Positions 9,996 through 19,680 of a stretch of DNA of 36,974 nucleotides are shown in pieces; the first letter of the stretch is position 1; each line of letters starts with the position of its first letter. Made by a program: the position numbers and the translations under genes. The notes beneath the pieces were generated by a model. The model was not told where the DNA came from. It saw only the letters and a program-made list of their open reading frames with translations, and searched no databases. This DNA is from Candidatus Bathyarchaeota archaeon (GTDB lineage: Archaea > Thermoproteota > Bathyarchaeia > 40CM-2-53-6), in assembly GCA_963706285.1 (NCBI GenBank), contig CAVPLU010000019.1, forward strand, positions 1 to 36,974. The letters are read 5' to 3'.

Positions 9996-10465
9996 TCACT
10001 TGAGCTTGCCGCCGCATTTCGGGCAGAATCGTGCTGTTGGGAGGACCGATGTTCCGCAATTCGGGCAATTGCTGATCGGCGGGGGCGGAGGAACCGGGAT
10101 CGTGGCCGACTCGGCGATCTTGCCGCCGCATTTCGGGCAGAACCGTGCCGTTGGGAGGACCGATGTTCCGCAATTCGGGCAATTGCTGATCGGCGGGGGC
10201 GGAGGAACGGGATCGTGGCCGACTCGGCGATCTTTGGTATCTCAATCTCCTTGCGAAGAAGAATGACATCCACGACCGATTGTATGTCTTCCCATGAGAC
10301 TTGCACATCAGATCTAGTTTTCGTAGTAACAATGAGATTGAACTTCTTCTCTCCTACGTTTATTCCCAGATCCCTGACGGTTCCAACCGCTGAACCTTTG
10401 CTATCGATCACTTGCATTCCAATGAACTTCTGGGCGGGTACAAACTCGTTCTTCTTGTCGCTCAT
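9996..10465 (-). CDS. PRC-barrel domain protein with two tandem Pro-linker/zinc-ribbon repeats (1-nt indel near 10208)
   Basis: KFIGMQVIDSKGSAVGTVRDL is a PRC-barrel signature. Restoring one G gives (KIAESATIPVPPPPPISNCPNCGTSVLPTARFCPKCGG)x2-KLK*. Confidence 0.85.
10005..10234. repeat. 114-bp tandem duplication (2 copies) encoding a CxxC...CxxC zinc ribbon
   Basis: CTTGCCGCCGCATTTCGGGCAG... starts at 10005 and 10119; copies differ by 2 substitutions and one 1-nt gap. Confidence 0.95.
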
Positions 10466-10821
10466 TCTCTCCAACCGCAAGATGGATCGTTGAATTACGT
10501 ATATATGCCTGATCACGGGGATCGACATTATGCGGCAGATACTGGACGGTTTGGGAGAAAAGGATCCTCGGATTTTTCTGATCCGCAATCATGCCAAATG
10601 ACTGGCGTGTTCACTGGTGCAGTTTGAACCCTCACGCTTGCTGATTATCATAGTCTATTAGGCCTTCGCTTTCAAGATTTCTTGCCCAACTCTCTATTGT
10701 TCGTCGCATGAGGCGCCAGATGCGCAAAAGAGGCTAAGAGAACACTTCGATGTTAATGCAAACTCGATGATGCACGTGATATATCAACTATGGCAGGTAG
10801 GAAGAAATTTACATCCCGCCC

Positions 10822-11415
10822 ATGCCACAGCAGATCCAAACGGGGTCTATCTGTTCATTGAATGCAGCTAATTTCTTCACAGGGATTGCACTGCTCATCT
10901 TGGGAGCGTTTCTATTCTTCGCCGGTCCTCAGCTGATCTTGGTTCCGTCGACACAAATTCAGACAACCAACCTGTTTCATAACGAGGCATTCGTGGTCGC
11001 GGATCTTTGGGAACGCTCAGCGCAGCTCGAACAGGGAATCATAGTTAATGGCACAATTGCAGTCAGCTCAGCTCTGACGGGAGAGCCATCCGAAGTATCT
11101 CTGCTTGTGGCGGACGACGCGAACTATCAGAAGTGGGTCGCCCATAGCGGCCCGACCTACGTCTTCCAGAGAGACATATCCAATGGGCAGAGCTTCTCGT
11201 TCATGGTACCTCGGGCCGGTAGCTATCACTTCATTTTCGACAATACTGACTCGCCTGTGAAGAAGAAGGTAACTTTGACTGCAGACCTTCAGAAGCAAGT
11301 CATAACCAATGTACCTGACGTGCGCGTCACGTATGTGGCCTATGGGATCATGGCGATTGGTTGTTTGGCGGCCGTGGTGGGCGTTCTGAGAAGGACCCAA
11401 GTTCCCTGGGCATAG
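10822..11415 (+). CDS. membrane protein with GOLD/emp24-p24-like beta-sandwich between N- and C-terminal TM helices
   Basis: FSFMVPRAGSYHFIFDNTDSPVKKKVTL resembles the GOLD motif GxYxFxFDNxFS...KxV; hydrophobic segments at both ends. Confidence 0.7.
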   Translation: MPQQIQTGSICSLNAANFFTGIALLILGAFLFFAGPQLILVPSTQIQTTNLFHNEAFVVADLWERSAQLEQGIIVNGTIAVSSALTGEPSEVSLLVADDANYQKWVAHSGPTYVFQRDISNGQSFSFMVPRAGSYHFIFDNTDSPVKKKVTLTADLQKQVITNVPDVRVTYVAYGIMAIGCLAAVVGVLRRTQVPWA

Positions 11416-11491
11416 GCTGGAAATGCGTGCGCAGAAGGCTCTAAATAGAATCTACACACCCCCTCTTCAGGACTAGGAGCGAGAATCAGGA

Positions 11492-11782
11492 TTGAGTGGT
11501 CTGCTGAAGAAAAGAGTGCAGGTTGACCAAGGTCTCGGAACGGTAATTGGGACTCCGGAAGGTACGATTGTGAGTTACGCCGAGATTCAGAAGGGGTTGC
11601 ACAAGTACATACGCGATCATGGTCTCAGGACGGACGTTCAGAAGCCCGCATCAGCCCCAATCGTTCAGACTTCTGAACCCGTAATGCCTGAAAGTGAGGC
11701 GCGGGGATTCTACTGCATATCATGTGGGGAAGCAATTCCTAACGGGGCCGTCTACTGCGACATGTGCGGAGCTCCGCAATGA
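11492..11782 (+). CDS. SWIB/MDM2-like half-domain fused to a zinc ribbon
   Basis: VDQGLGTVIG...SYAEIQKGLHKYIRDHGL resembles SWIB LSxxLxxxhG...SRxEVxKxLWxYIKxxxL; C-terminal CISC...YCDMC. Confidence 0.65.
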   Translation: MSGLLKKRVQVDQGLGTVIGTPEGTIVSYAEIQKGLHKYIRDHGLRTDVQKPASAPIVQTSEPVMPESEARGFYCISCGEAIPNGAVYCDMCGAPQ

Positions 11783-11864
11783 ACGGCCCTCATGTGATTT
11801 CCTGTTGATGATTGCACGTATTTGTCCCCGATGTTGATTATCAGGTTCACGTCGGCGGAACGTC

Positions 11865-11872
11865 TTTAAATA
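11865..11872 (+). promoter_or_regulatory. TATA box upstream of HMG-CoA synthase
   Basis: TTTAAATA about 55-60 nt upstream of ATG 11928. Confidence 0.5.
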
Positions 11873-11927
11873 AGGTCTCTCGGGCTGTAGTGGCTTCCTA
11901 AATTCTACATGGAGAATTCAGTCTAGA

Positions 11928-13490
11928 ATGACTCGCACTGATGTTGGTATAGTGGGATACGGGGTGTACGTCCCCATTCAACGAATCAGAACGGAGTTAA
12001 TCGTCAAAGCCAGAGAAGCAAAGAGGAAGGATCTCCCCGAATTCATACAGAAAGTCAGAGACGGGCTCCTCCTACGATACAAAGCCATCGCTGGCATGGA
12101 CGAGGACACGATCACGATTGCCTCAGAAGCCGCCTTAAACGCCATCACGATGGCGGGCATCGATCCAAGCATGATAGGCACAGTAGCGGTAGGCTCCGAG
12201 TCAAAACCATATGCAGTCGGAACCATCGCACGGCATGTCGCATCCTTCACAGGGCTGGGAAGCAGAGTGTATGTCGCTGATCTGGAGGGCGCATGCAACG
12301 CTGGAATGCAAGCGCTCAGCTTTGTTCAAGGCCAAGTCGCAGATGGAAAGATCGACTACGGCCTTGCGATAGGTGCGGATGTGGCGCAGGCTCCTCAAGG
12401 TGATCCGCTCGAGTACGCGTGTGGGGCTGGTGCCGGCGCGTTCGTTGTCGGGAGGGACAACCTTGTGGCGTCGATTGAGGACGCGGCAGCATACTCAAGC
12501 CTGACTATGGACTTCTGGAGACGCGAAGGGATGCCGTATCCAAGCCATTTCGGGCGAACCACAGTTGAAGCCTACGTTAAGCACGTGATCGGGGCGATCG
12601 AGCATCTGCTCTCCAGACATCCGGAGATGAAGCTGATGGATTTCGATTATCTCACATTCCATCAGCCTTCAGGATACATGCCGCTGAAGGCGTGCAAGAC
12701 GATGTCCCAAGGGAAGATCGAGGGTTTGGAGGATCCGAGCGTTGAATCGAGGATTCGCCTGACGCCGGAATTCGTTGAGGAGAGGGTCAAACCTTGGCTT
12801 AGAGTACTGGACACGGGAAACACATATGCGGCATCCACCCCAATCGCCATCTGCGACATACTGGATCACGCGACTCCAGGAGAGAACATTCTTGCGGTTT
12901 CATACGGTTCTGGAGCATACACGATCGCCACTTGGCTGAAAGCCCAGGAAGGCATACTGGCGAAGCGTGGACGCACTCCGACAGTTGAGCAGTACCTAAC
13001 GCGAAGGCGCGAGATCAAACTCGAAACCTATCAAGATCATCTGAAACAGAAACTACGCAATGTGAGGCGCAGGATCTCGCATCCGCGCATGATTGGAGAA
13101 ATCGCCGCGCTCGATGACCAACACATAACCGCGACGCTCTGTCACGGGTGCGAACGCGTGTTCTACCCGGCACGGGACAGATGTCTGGAATGGGACTGCA
13201 AGGGACCTCTAGAACAGAAACAATTCCCAATGTCTGCCAAGCTCGTATCGTTTAGGAAGCTTCCAATTCAGAGAAGGCTCACATCGAACTTTGAGATAAT
13301 GTCCAAGGGAAAAGCCTTGATTGTTGACGCGGCATCCAATGATCTCGTCAGCGGGACTACACTTGAAGTCGTGATTCGTAAGCTCGATGATGAAGGCAGA
13401 GACGGCTTAATCATCTACGGACCTGCATATCGCCCCACATTCCGGACAGCTCCCAACGGCAGTGTCAGCAAGAAGGAAGCCGTGACTTGA
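11928..13490 (+). CDS. mvaS: archaeal hydroxymethylglutaryl-CoA synthase fused to a C-terminal DUF35 (Zn ribbon + OB-fold) domain
   Basis: VGSESKPYAV (Glu), EGACNAG (Cys), FHQP (His), GNTYAAS, VSYGSGAY; then CHGCERVFYPARDRC and VIRKLDDEGRDGLIIYGPAYRP (DUF35-like). Confidence 0.88.
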   Translation: MTRTDVGIVGYGVYVPIQRIRTELIVKAREAKRKDLPEFIQKVRDGLLLRYKAIAGMDEDTITIASEAALNAITMAGIDPSMIGTVAVGSESKPYAVGTIARHVASFTGLGSRVYVADLEGACNAGMQALSFVQGQVADGKIDYGLAIGADVAQAPQGDPLEYACGAGAGAFVVGRDNLVASIEDAAAYSSLTMDFWRREGMPYPSHFGRTTVEAYVKHVIGAIEHLLSRHPEMKLMDFDYLTFHQPSGYMPLKACKTMSQGKIEGLEDPSVESRIRLTPEFVEERVKPWLRVLDTGNTYAASTPIAICDILDHATPGENILAVSYGSGAYTIATWLKAQEGILAKRGRTPTVEQYLTRRREIKLETYQDHLKQKLRNVRRRISHPRMIGEIAALDDQHITATLCHGCERVFYPARDRCLEWDCKGPLEQKQFPMSAKLVSFRKLPIQRRLTSNFEIMSKGKALIVDAASNDLVSGTTLEVVIRKLDDEGRDGLIIYGPAYRPTFRTAPNGSVSKKEAVT

Positions 13491-13551
13491 TGCGCTTCTC
13501 CTACCCGGCGTAGCAAGAATGCTACGTTTCCATCAGTCGTGAGAGACTAGA

Positions 13552-14552
13552 ATGGTGTTGTTGGCTGGCGTCGACGGTGGTGCCACCAAGACCGTCGCCG
13601 TTGCGGGAAGCCCGGATGGGATTCTGCTCGGTATTGGTCGCGCTTCCTCTTCAAACTACCATAATGTTGGTGTTGATGGTGCTGCTGATGCGATTCGCGT
13701 CGCGGTTGGTCTTGCGTGCAGGCACGCAAGAGTATCCTGCAAGAGATCTTGAGACCATCGTAGTGGGTCTCGCTGCAATGGATTCGCCCAAGGACTATGT
13801 TACCGGGCGGAGAGTTGCTGATCTGACGCGTCTCGGAAAACGGCGTGTTGTCAAGCATGACTCCTTGGCCGCCCTCTATGCCGCCACTCTTGGCAGGCCA
13901 GGCATAGTGGTGAACGCCGGAACGGGATCGTTTGCGATCGGGATTAATGCACACGGGAAGACTCTTCGAGTGGGTGGACGAGGAGCCGTCATCGACGACG
14001 AGGGTAGTGCATACGACACGGCAAGACTTGGGATTCGAGCAGCCCTGCGTGCACAAGAAGGCTCCGAGAGGAAGAACAGCAATCGCAGGCCTCTTGCTTC
14101 GCAGATTCAAGCTACGGAACTTGGAGGACATAATCTACAGAATCTACCAGAAACCTATGACCGTAGGAGAGATCGCTAGCATTTCAACGCTTGTCACAGG
14201 CGCGGCATTGAGAGGTGACATAGTCGCACGAAAAATCTGCACATACGAAGCACGAGCGCTGGCCGTTCTCGTATCTACAGTCGCCCGGCGCCTTCACATG
14301 ACAAGCAGCAAACCGGATGTCTATCTTACCGGCGGGCTGTTCAAAGCAGGTCCTTTGATCCTGAATCCTTTCAAGCGGGAACTGCAGAGGAGAATACGAA
14401 GCTTCACTGTTCGTCGTCCTGGATTCGAGCCGGTTGTTGGCGCCTTTATGCTGTCTCTGAAAGAGCATCAGGTTGAGGTGAGTGGTAAGGTCCTACGGAA
14501 TCTTCGGGCGTCGTACGCTCGGCGTGTAGGCGGTGCGCGAGTTTCTTCCTGA
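13552..14552 (+). CDS. BadF/BadG/BcrA/BcrD ATPase family, N-acetylglucosamine-kinase-like (two frameshifts)
   Basis: GVDGGATKT, HDSLAAL, VNAGTGS, GGRGAVIDDEGSAY, LTGGLF, EPVVGA spread over ORFs 13552, 13577 and 13932. Confidence 0.88.
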
Positions 14553-14991
14553 CCGCAGGCGCTTATGTTCCGCTGTGACGCGGGAGTTGTCGAAGGAAAA
14601 AATGGGTATCCATGCAGTTAGGACCGGTCTGTTTTGTGCCAGTCTAACAGAAACGGGACGAATTCTAGCTTATTCGTGGGATTTTCTTGGACATTTCTAG
14701 GAGAGCGTTGGGCTAAGCTGACCGTGGCGAGCGGGTCAGCAGCTTCAGGCGATCGATGCTTTCCTCAATCTTGGGACGACAGAAACATGAGATACCGACT
14801 CATCTGAGTTTCCTGAAACTCCAAGCCCGACTATAGATTAGACTGAGACACCTGCTTCAACGGACGGAGCGCAAGACGTGATCCAGACGACGGTATCTCG
14901 GCAGGTTTCAGTGGGAACATATGAGCGAAGTGTTGCTTGACGTGTTTTTAATAGGTGCCCCGCAATTTACCTTCAAACGGAAGGCGTACAA

Positions 14992-15483
14992 TTGAACCCG
15001 CGGCGGCTGTTGTTCAGGGCATGGTACTACTTCAGGATCGGCTACAGCGTATACCTTACGTTCGTTCTCGGCTTCGTATCCACGATTGTTACCGTATACT
15101 ACTTAGCGATAAACAACATTCCATTCTTGAAATTGGTATTCCCGAGTTTCTGGATCTTCAGCGTGCTAGCGATTGCAATCGGCGTGCCTCTTGCGGTATT
15201 TTCCGGCTATTTCCACTTCAAGAGAACTCGAGCCTACTCTTCGGAGGTCGATATCGCCACCGAATCTAATCCGTACCTCTTCAAGATCGTACCTGGAAAA
15301 GAGAAAGAAATCACTGTGCCTTCAGCAATAGCAAACATTGACCTCAACCTCGCGATGGCAAGAAAACTGGGCGTTCTGACCCCGGAGATGGAGTCGAGTC
15401 CTCCTGAGGTACGAGAGAAGTACCAGAGGCTCGCAAGACACGGAGATTACAGAATCTCTGACGCACCATCCGAGATGAGTTGA
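14992..15483 (+). CDS. hypothetical membrane protein (TACK-archaeal type)
   Basis: FRAWYYFRIGYSVYLTF...YYLAI, 2 TM helices, ESNPY motif; TTTTTAATA upstream. Confidence 0.75.
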   Translation: MNPRRLLFRAWYYFRIGYSVYLTFVLGFVSTIVTVYYLAINNIPFLKLVFPSFWIFSVLAIAIGVPLAVFSGYFHFKRTRAYSSEVDIATESNPYLFKIVPGKEKEITVPSAIANIDLNLAMARKLGVLTPEMESSPPEVREKYQRLARHGDYRISDAPSEMS

Positions 15484-15573
15484 TTCCCGGCAAGCCGCGT
15501 GAAAAGACTCGTTGGACCGCGTGGACGAGCTAGTTCAGAGAAAAGTGAAAGTGCCACCTAGCTGGATTCCAAA

Positions 15574-16050
15574 ATGGTGAAGGGAACGAAGGCGCGGAAA
15601 GACATTCCACAAGAACTCTGGAGACTGATCCTGGCGACGATGCCGATCGCTTGTGTCGATATTATCATCCACAAGAAGATTAAACGGAAGACGTGGGTGT
15701 TGCTTGGCTATAGGAAAATCTATCCCTACACCAATTGCTGGGCACTTCCCGGGGGACGCATCATCAAGAACGAATCTCTGCGAGAGGCTGCGAATCGCCA
15801 GCTGACCGAGATCGGCCTATCCATGACTGACAGCTTTCGCCTTGTCGGTGTTTACCCAGTCAACTTCAAACGTAGGTCAGACGTGAGCATCTGTGTATCT
15901 ACTCGCTCGAGTTTGAGTCAGGAACCACAACCAACGAAGGAACTAGTCCGATACAAGTGGCGAGATATCAGCGACTTACCCTCGAACCTCGGGATCAACT
16001 ATCGAAGAATGCTGATAGACTTCAAAAGCAGACACTACCGCGTCCGCTAA
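15574..16050 (+). CDS. NUDIX hydrolase (GDP-mannose mannosyl hydrolase-like)
   Basis: MPIACVDIII and WALPGGRIIKNESLREAANRQLTEIG (variant Nudix box). Confidence 0.82.
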   Translation: MVKGTKARKDIPQELWRLILATMPIACVDIIIHKKIKRKTWVLLGYRKIYPYTNCWALPGGRIIKNESLREAANRQLTEIGLSMTDSFRLVGVYPVNFKRRSDVSICVSTRSSLSQEPQPTKELVRYKWRDISDLPSNLGINYRRMLIDFKSRHYRVR

Positions 16051-16076
16051 AAACGAAACCAGTATTCTCTCGAATT

Positions 16077-17147
16077 CTACATCGAGATGACCGTGTTCTC
16101 TCCAATGATGAATCTTGAACCGCGAGGCATGTTATTAGTGGAATCAGTAATCTCAGCATTACTACCGATGAGGCTGTCAACTATACGTCTCTTGCAATCT
16201 ATTCTGCAATTGCCGACTATGATGGTGTTTTCAATTTCTGCTCCCCTAATGGTTGTGTTGTCGCCGACCGATGTGTAAGGGCCAATGTAGGCGTCAGGGC
16301 CTATCTGGCAGTTCTTTCCAATTATCAGTGGGCCTCTGAGCGTAGTTCCAGACAGAATCCTGGTGCCTTCATCAACACAGACTATGCCTGATGATTTGAC
16401 GTCTTTCTCGAAGCTGCCCTTGTTGTAGGATCTCAATTCTGACAGCACGAGCTGATTTGCTTCTAGGATATCCTCAGGCTTACCTGTGTCCTTCCACCAA
16501 CCCTTCACCAGGTGATGCCTAACCTCAAGCCCATCGTCGAGTAGAGTCTGTATCGCATCGGTGATCTCAAGCTCATTTCTCCATGAAGGTCGCAGTCGAG
16601 CGATCGCATCAAAGATCTGTTTTCTGAAAAAATAGATTCCAACCAGCGCAAGATCGCTGGTTGGGTTCTTAGGCTTCTCTACAAGCCTTACAATCTTCCC
16701 ATCCTTCAGATCTGCTATACCGTAACTCTGCGGATCATTCACGTGACACAATGCAACATCGGCGGCTGCTTCGGACCTCTCAAAAGCGTCAACCATCTCT
16801 TGGATTCCACCCTTCAAGAGGTTATCCGCCAAGAAGACAACGAACGGCTCATTCTCGACGAAGTGCTCAGTCAATCCTACAGCATGTGCGATCCCCCTCG
16901 GCTCGTCTTGGTCGACATACGTCACTTGCACTCCGAACTTTGAGCCATCTCCGTAATACTCTCGAACTTTCTCAGGAGCCAAGGAGCCAAGAATGATGCA
17001 GATCTCGGTTACGCCGGCATCCCTCAACGCTTCGATAGCGTACAGTGACATGGGCTTATTCGCGATCGGTATCAGCTGTTTCGGGCCAGTATGCGTGAGC
17101 GGCCGGAGTCGGGTTCCAGCGCCCCCGTGTAGAACTACTCCTTTCAT
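16077..17147 (-). CDS. rmlA: glucose-1-phosphate thymidylyltransferase, long form
   Basis: GGAGTRLRPLTHTGPKQLIPIANKP, LVEKP, ELEITDAIQ, WWKDTGKPED, C-terminal hexapeptide repeats. Confidence 0.95.
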   Translation of the reverse strand: MKGVVLHGGAGTRLRPLTHTGPKQLIPIANKPMSLYAIEALRDAGVTEICIILGSLAPEKVREYYGDGSKFGVQVTYVDQDEPRGIAHAVGLTEHFVENEPFVVFLADNLLKGGIQEMVDAFERSEAAADVALCHVNDPQSYGIADLKDGKIVRLVEKPKNPTSDLALVGIYFFRKQIFDAIARLRPSWRNELEITDAIQTLLDDGLEVRHHLVKGWWKDTGKPEDILEANQLVLSELRSYNKGSFEKDVKSSGIVCVDEGTRILSGTTLRGPLIIGKNCQIGPDAYIGPYTSVGDNTTIRGAEIENTIIVGNCRIDCKRRIVDSLIGSNAEITDSTNNMPRGSRFIIGENTVISM

Positions 17148-18031
17148 GGTCGGCTCCTCAACATCTCATCCAGGCCGCGTTCTACTCCGAAGAGTTCGAT
17201 CCCCAGCTCCTTTTCAGCTTTTCCAACATCTAGAGACGAGTCCTTGGGCCTTTTCGCAACCCAGCCTAGGTCCCGCATCTCCACCGGAACCAGCAGCGCT
17301 TCATCAAAATTGAACTTCAGCGCAAACCTGCGAGCAAACTCGAATCGACTAATTCTCTCACTTCCCGCAATGTGCAATACTCCAGTAACTTTTCGGTCGA
17401 TCGCAGCTCGGATGGCCATGGCTAAGTTATCAGAAAAAGTGGGTGAGTTGATGTGATCCCTCACGATCCTGAGATTTTGATGCTCGCTCAGTCCTTGCAT
17501 TATCCATGTTGCGAAGTTGAGCTTGCTCGGATGCCACCCGTACAGAACGCTCGTTCTCACTATCAACCGAGTAGGTAGTTTCGCGACGATGCGTTCGGCC
17601 TCAAGTTTTGTGACGCCGTAGAAGTCTATGGGGTTAGGTTGATCTGTTTCTTTGTAGTTTCCTTTTTCCCCGTCGAAGACGTAGTCGGTTGAAACAAATA
17701 TCAATTTCGCCCCGATCCTCAGGCAACCTTCCACAACATTTGCCGTTCCATCCACGTTGACTCGTTGAGCGAGTTCTCGATTCTTCTCGCAGAGATCAAC
17801 ATTCGTTTGAGCGGCTGTGTGAACTACGACGGTGGGCGCAACTCTGACGATGGATTCGACTGTGAGTGTCCTCTGAGAAAGGTCCACAACAAGTTCTTTA
17901 GGACTCTTCCCTGCCTTCCTATCCATACCAGTGATTTCGTAGTCGTCTTGGAGAATACGCAGGAGGCTTCTTCCAAGAAGGCCGCTGCTGCCCGGTGACC
18001 AGAACTCCCTGTTTTGGCGTACCGATTGCAC
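17144..18031 (-). CDS. rmlD: dTDP-4-dehydrorhamnose reductase
   Basis: GSSGLLG, HTAAQTNVDLCE, STDYVFDG, YGVTK; local N-terminal indels. Confidence 0.93.
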   Translation of the reverse strand: MQSVRQNREFWSPGSSGLLGRSLLRILQDDYEITGMDRKAGKSPKELVVDLSQRTLTVESIVRVAPTVVVHTAAQTNVDLCEKNRELAQRVNVDGTANVVEGCLRIGAKLIFVSTDYVFDGEKGNYKETDQPNPIDFYGVTKLEAERIVAKLPTRLIVRTSVLYGWHPSKLNFATWIMQGLSEHQNLRIVRDHINSPTFSDNLAMAIRAAIDRKVTGVLHIAGSERISRFEFARRFALKFNFDEALLVPVEMRDLGWVAKRPKDSSLDVGKAEKELGIELFGVERGLDEMLRSRP

Positions 18032-18102
18032 CGTCCTTCCTCGGACGGGCCTAAGGGATAATAAGGTTGGCTGGAGGCATGAAGTAGACTGAGCGACGAT
18101 TC

Positions 18103-18570
18103 TTGATTGATGGTGTAGTCCTGCGTGAGCTCAAGCCGATACCAGACGAGCGTGGGTGGCTCATGGAGCTGATGCGATCAGACTGGGATCTCTTTGAGAA
18201 GTTCGGGCAGGTATACCTTACGACAGTCTATCCAGGCGTCGTCAAGGCTTGGCACTACCACAAGAAGCAAACAGACAACATGATCTGCATCAAAGGCATG
18301 CTCAAGCTGGTTCTTTACGATTCTCGCAAGTCATCTCCCACATACAAGCAAGTAAGCGAGATCTTCTTCGGCGAACGGAAGCCTCTTCTCGTGAAGATAC
18401 CGCCGCTTGTCTATCATGGATTCAAAGCAATTGGGGGAGAAACGGCTTACGACATCAACGTACCAACTCAACCGTACAATTACAGGGAACCAGATGAGTT
18501 CAGGCTTCCACCGGATACGAAACAGATACCATATGACTGGGGGTTCGCCCCCGGACTCAAACACGGTTGA
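18103..18570 (+). CDS. rmlC: dTDP-4-dehydrorhamnose 3,5-epimerase family (cupin)
   Basis: DERGWLMEL, PGVVKAWHYH, YDSRKSSPTY, IPPLVYHGF. Confidence 0.9.
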   Translation: MIDGVVLRELKPIPDERGWLMELMRSDWDLFEKFGQVYLTTVYPGVVKAWHYHKKQTDNMICIKGMLKLVLYDSRKSSPTYKQVSEIFFGERKPLLVKIPPLVYHGFKAIGGETAYDINVPTQPYNYREPDEFRLPPDTKQIPYDWGFAPGLKHG

Positions 18571-18659
18571 GGCCAAGGCAACCGTCAAGCTTCTAGGTAT
18601 AATCGGATACAAGTCGACGTGCACACGATTCTGATTAAGGAAGGATAGTTGTCAGTCAC

Positions 18660-19624
18660 ATGGACAAGATTCTCGTCACCGGCGGTGCAGGCTTCATCGG
18701 TAGCAACTTCATCCGCCACCTACTCGAGCAACACGAACTGTACGATAGTCAATGTGGACAAGCTCACTTACGCAGGGCATCTGAACAACATCAAGGACTT
18801 ACGCCGTGAGAAACGCCACAAGTTTGTGAGAGGCGATATCAGAAATCGTAAACTCGTCGGGTCACTTGTGAAGAAGGTGGACGCGGTTGTGAATTTCGCA
18901 GCTGAGTCCCATGTGGACCGGAGTATCAAGAAACCAGGCATCTTCGTCGAGACGAATGTTCTCGGGGTGCAGGTTCTGCTTGAAGCGTGTCGCAAGTTTG
19001 GTGTGAAGTTTGAGCAGATCAGCACCGACGAAGTCTACGGTAGCCGTCTCGAAGGCTCGTTCAAGGAGACCGACATCCTCGATCCCTCGAGCCCGTACTC
19101 AGCTAGCAAGGCAGCGGCAGACCTTCTCGTCAACGCATACCAACGCACCTACAATATGGAAGTCACGGTGACTCGTAGCACAAACAATTACGGGCCGAAA
19201 TCAGCACCCAGAGAAGCTCATCCCCAGGCTGATCACAAACGCGCTACGCCGGAAACCTCTGCCGATCTACGGGACTGGGGAGAACGTTCGTGACTGGATC
19301 TTCGTGGAGGATAACTGTCGAGCGATTCACACAGTCCTTGAGAAAGGCGAAGCGGGGCAGATCTACAATATCGGTGGAGGAAACGAGAAGAAGAATATTG
19401 AGATCGCGAGAGAGATTCTTCGTCGACTATCGCTTCCTGAAACCATGATCGAATTCGTCAGCGACCGCCCCGGCCACGACTTCAGATACTCCCTAGACTG
19501 CGAGAAGACGACTCGCCTAGGCTGGAAACCGCGTGTAAGCTTCGAGGATGGGCTTCAGGAAACGATTGATTGGTATGTCACCAACAAGTGGTGGTGGCGT
19601 CCGCTACTTGGAAGAGGCACCTAA
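18660..19624 (+). CDS. rmlB: dTDP-glucose 4,6-dehydratase (frameshifted)
   Basis: MDKILVTGGAGFIGSNF, DKLTYAG, AAESHVDRSI, STDEVYG, PYSASKA, DRPGHDFRYSL. Confidence 0.95.
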
Positions 19625-19680
19625 CGCAGAGCCACTCCGCAACTGGCAACTAGTCCTTTCAAAAAGCAATTAAGAGCTCT

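Noticed and set aside
9953-10588. 211-aa ORF with Arg/Ser-rich repeated tail as given in the ORF track
   Set aside because: The tail is the wrong frame caused by a missing G; the real frame encodes zinc ribbons, and the start is likely ATG 10465
11805-11860. Possible C/D box sRNA (TGATGA...CCGA...TGATTA...CGGA)
   Set aside because: The terminal D box is not CTGA, the spacers are longer than typical guides, and no target could be identified
14715-14745. Hairpin GCTGACC...GGTCAGC and a 32-codon ORF at about 14602-14700 in the intergenic gap
   Set aside because: Single short stem and short ORF with no recognisable family, repeat copy or RNA motif
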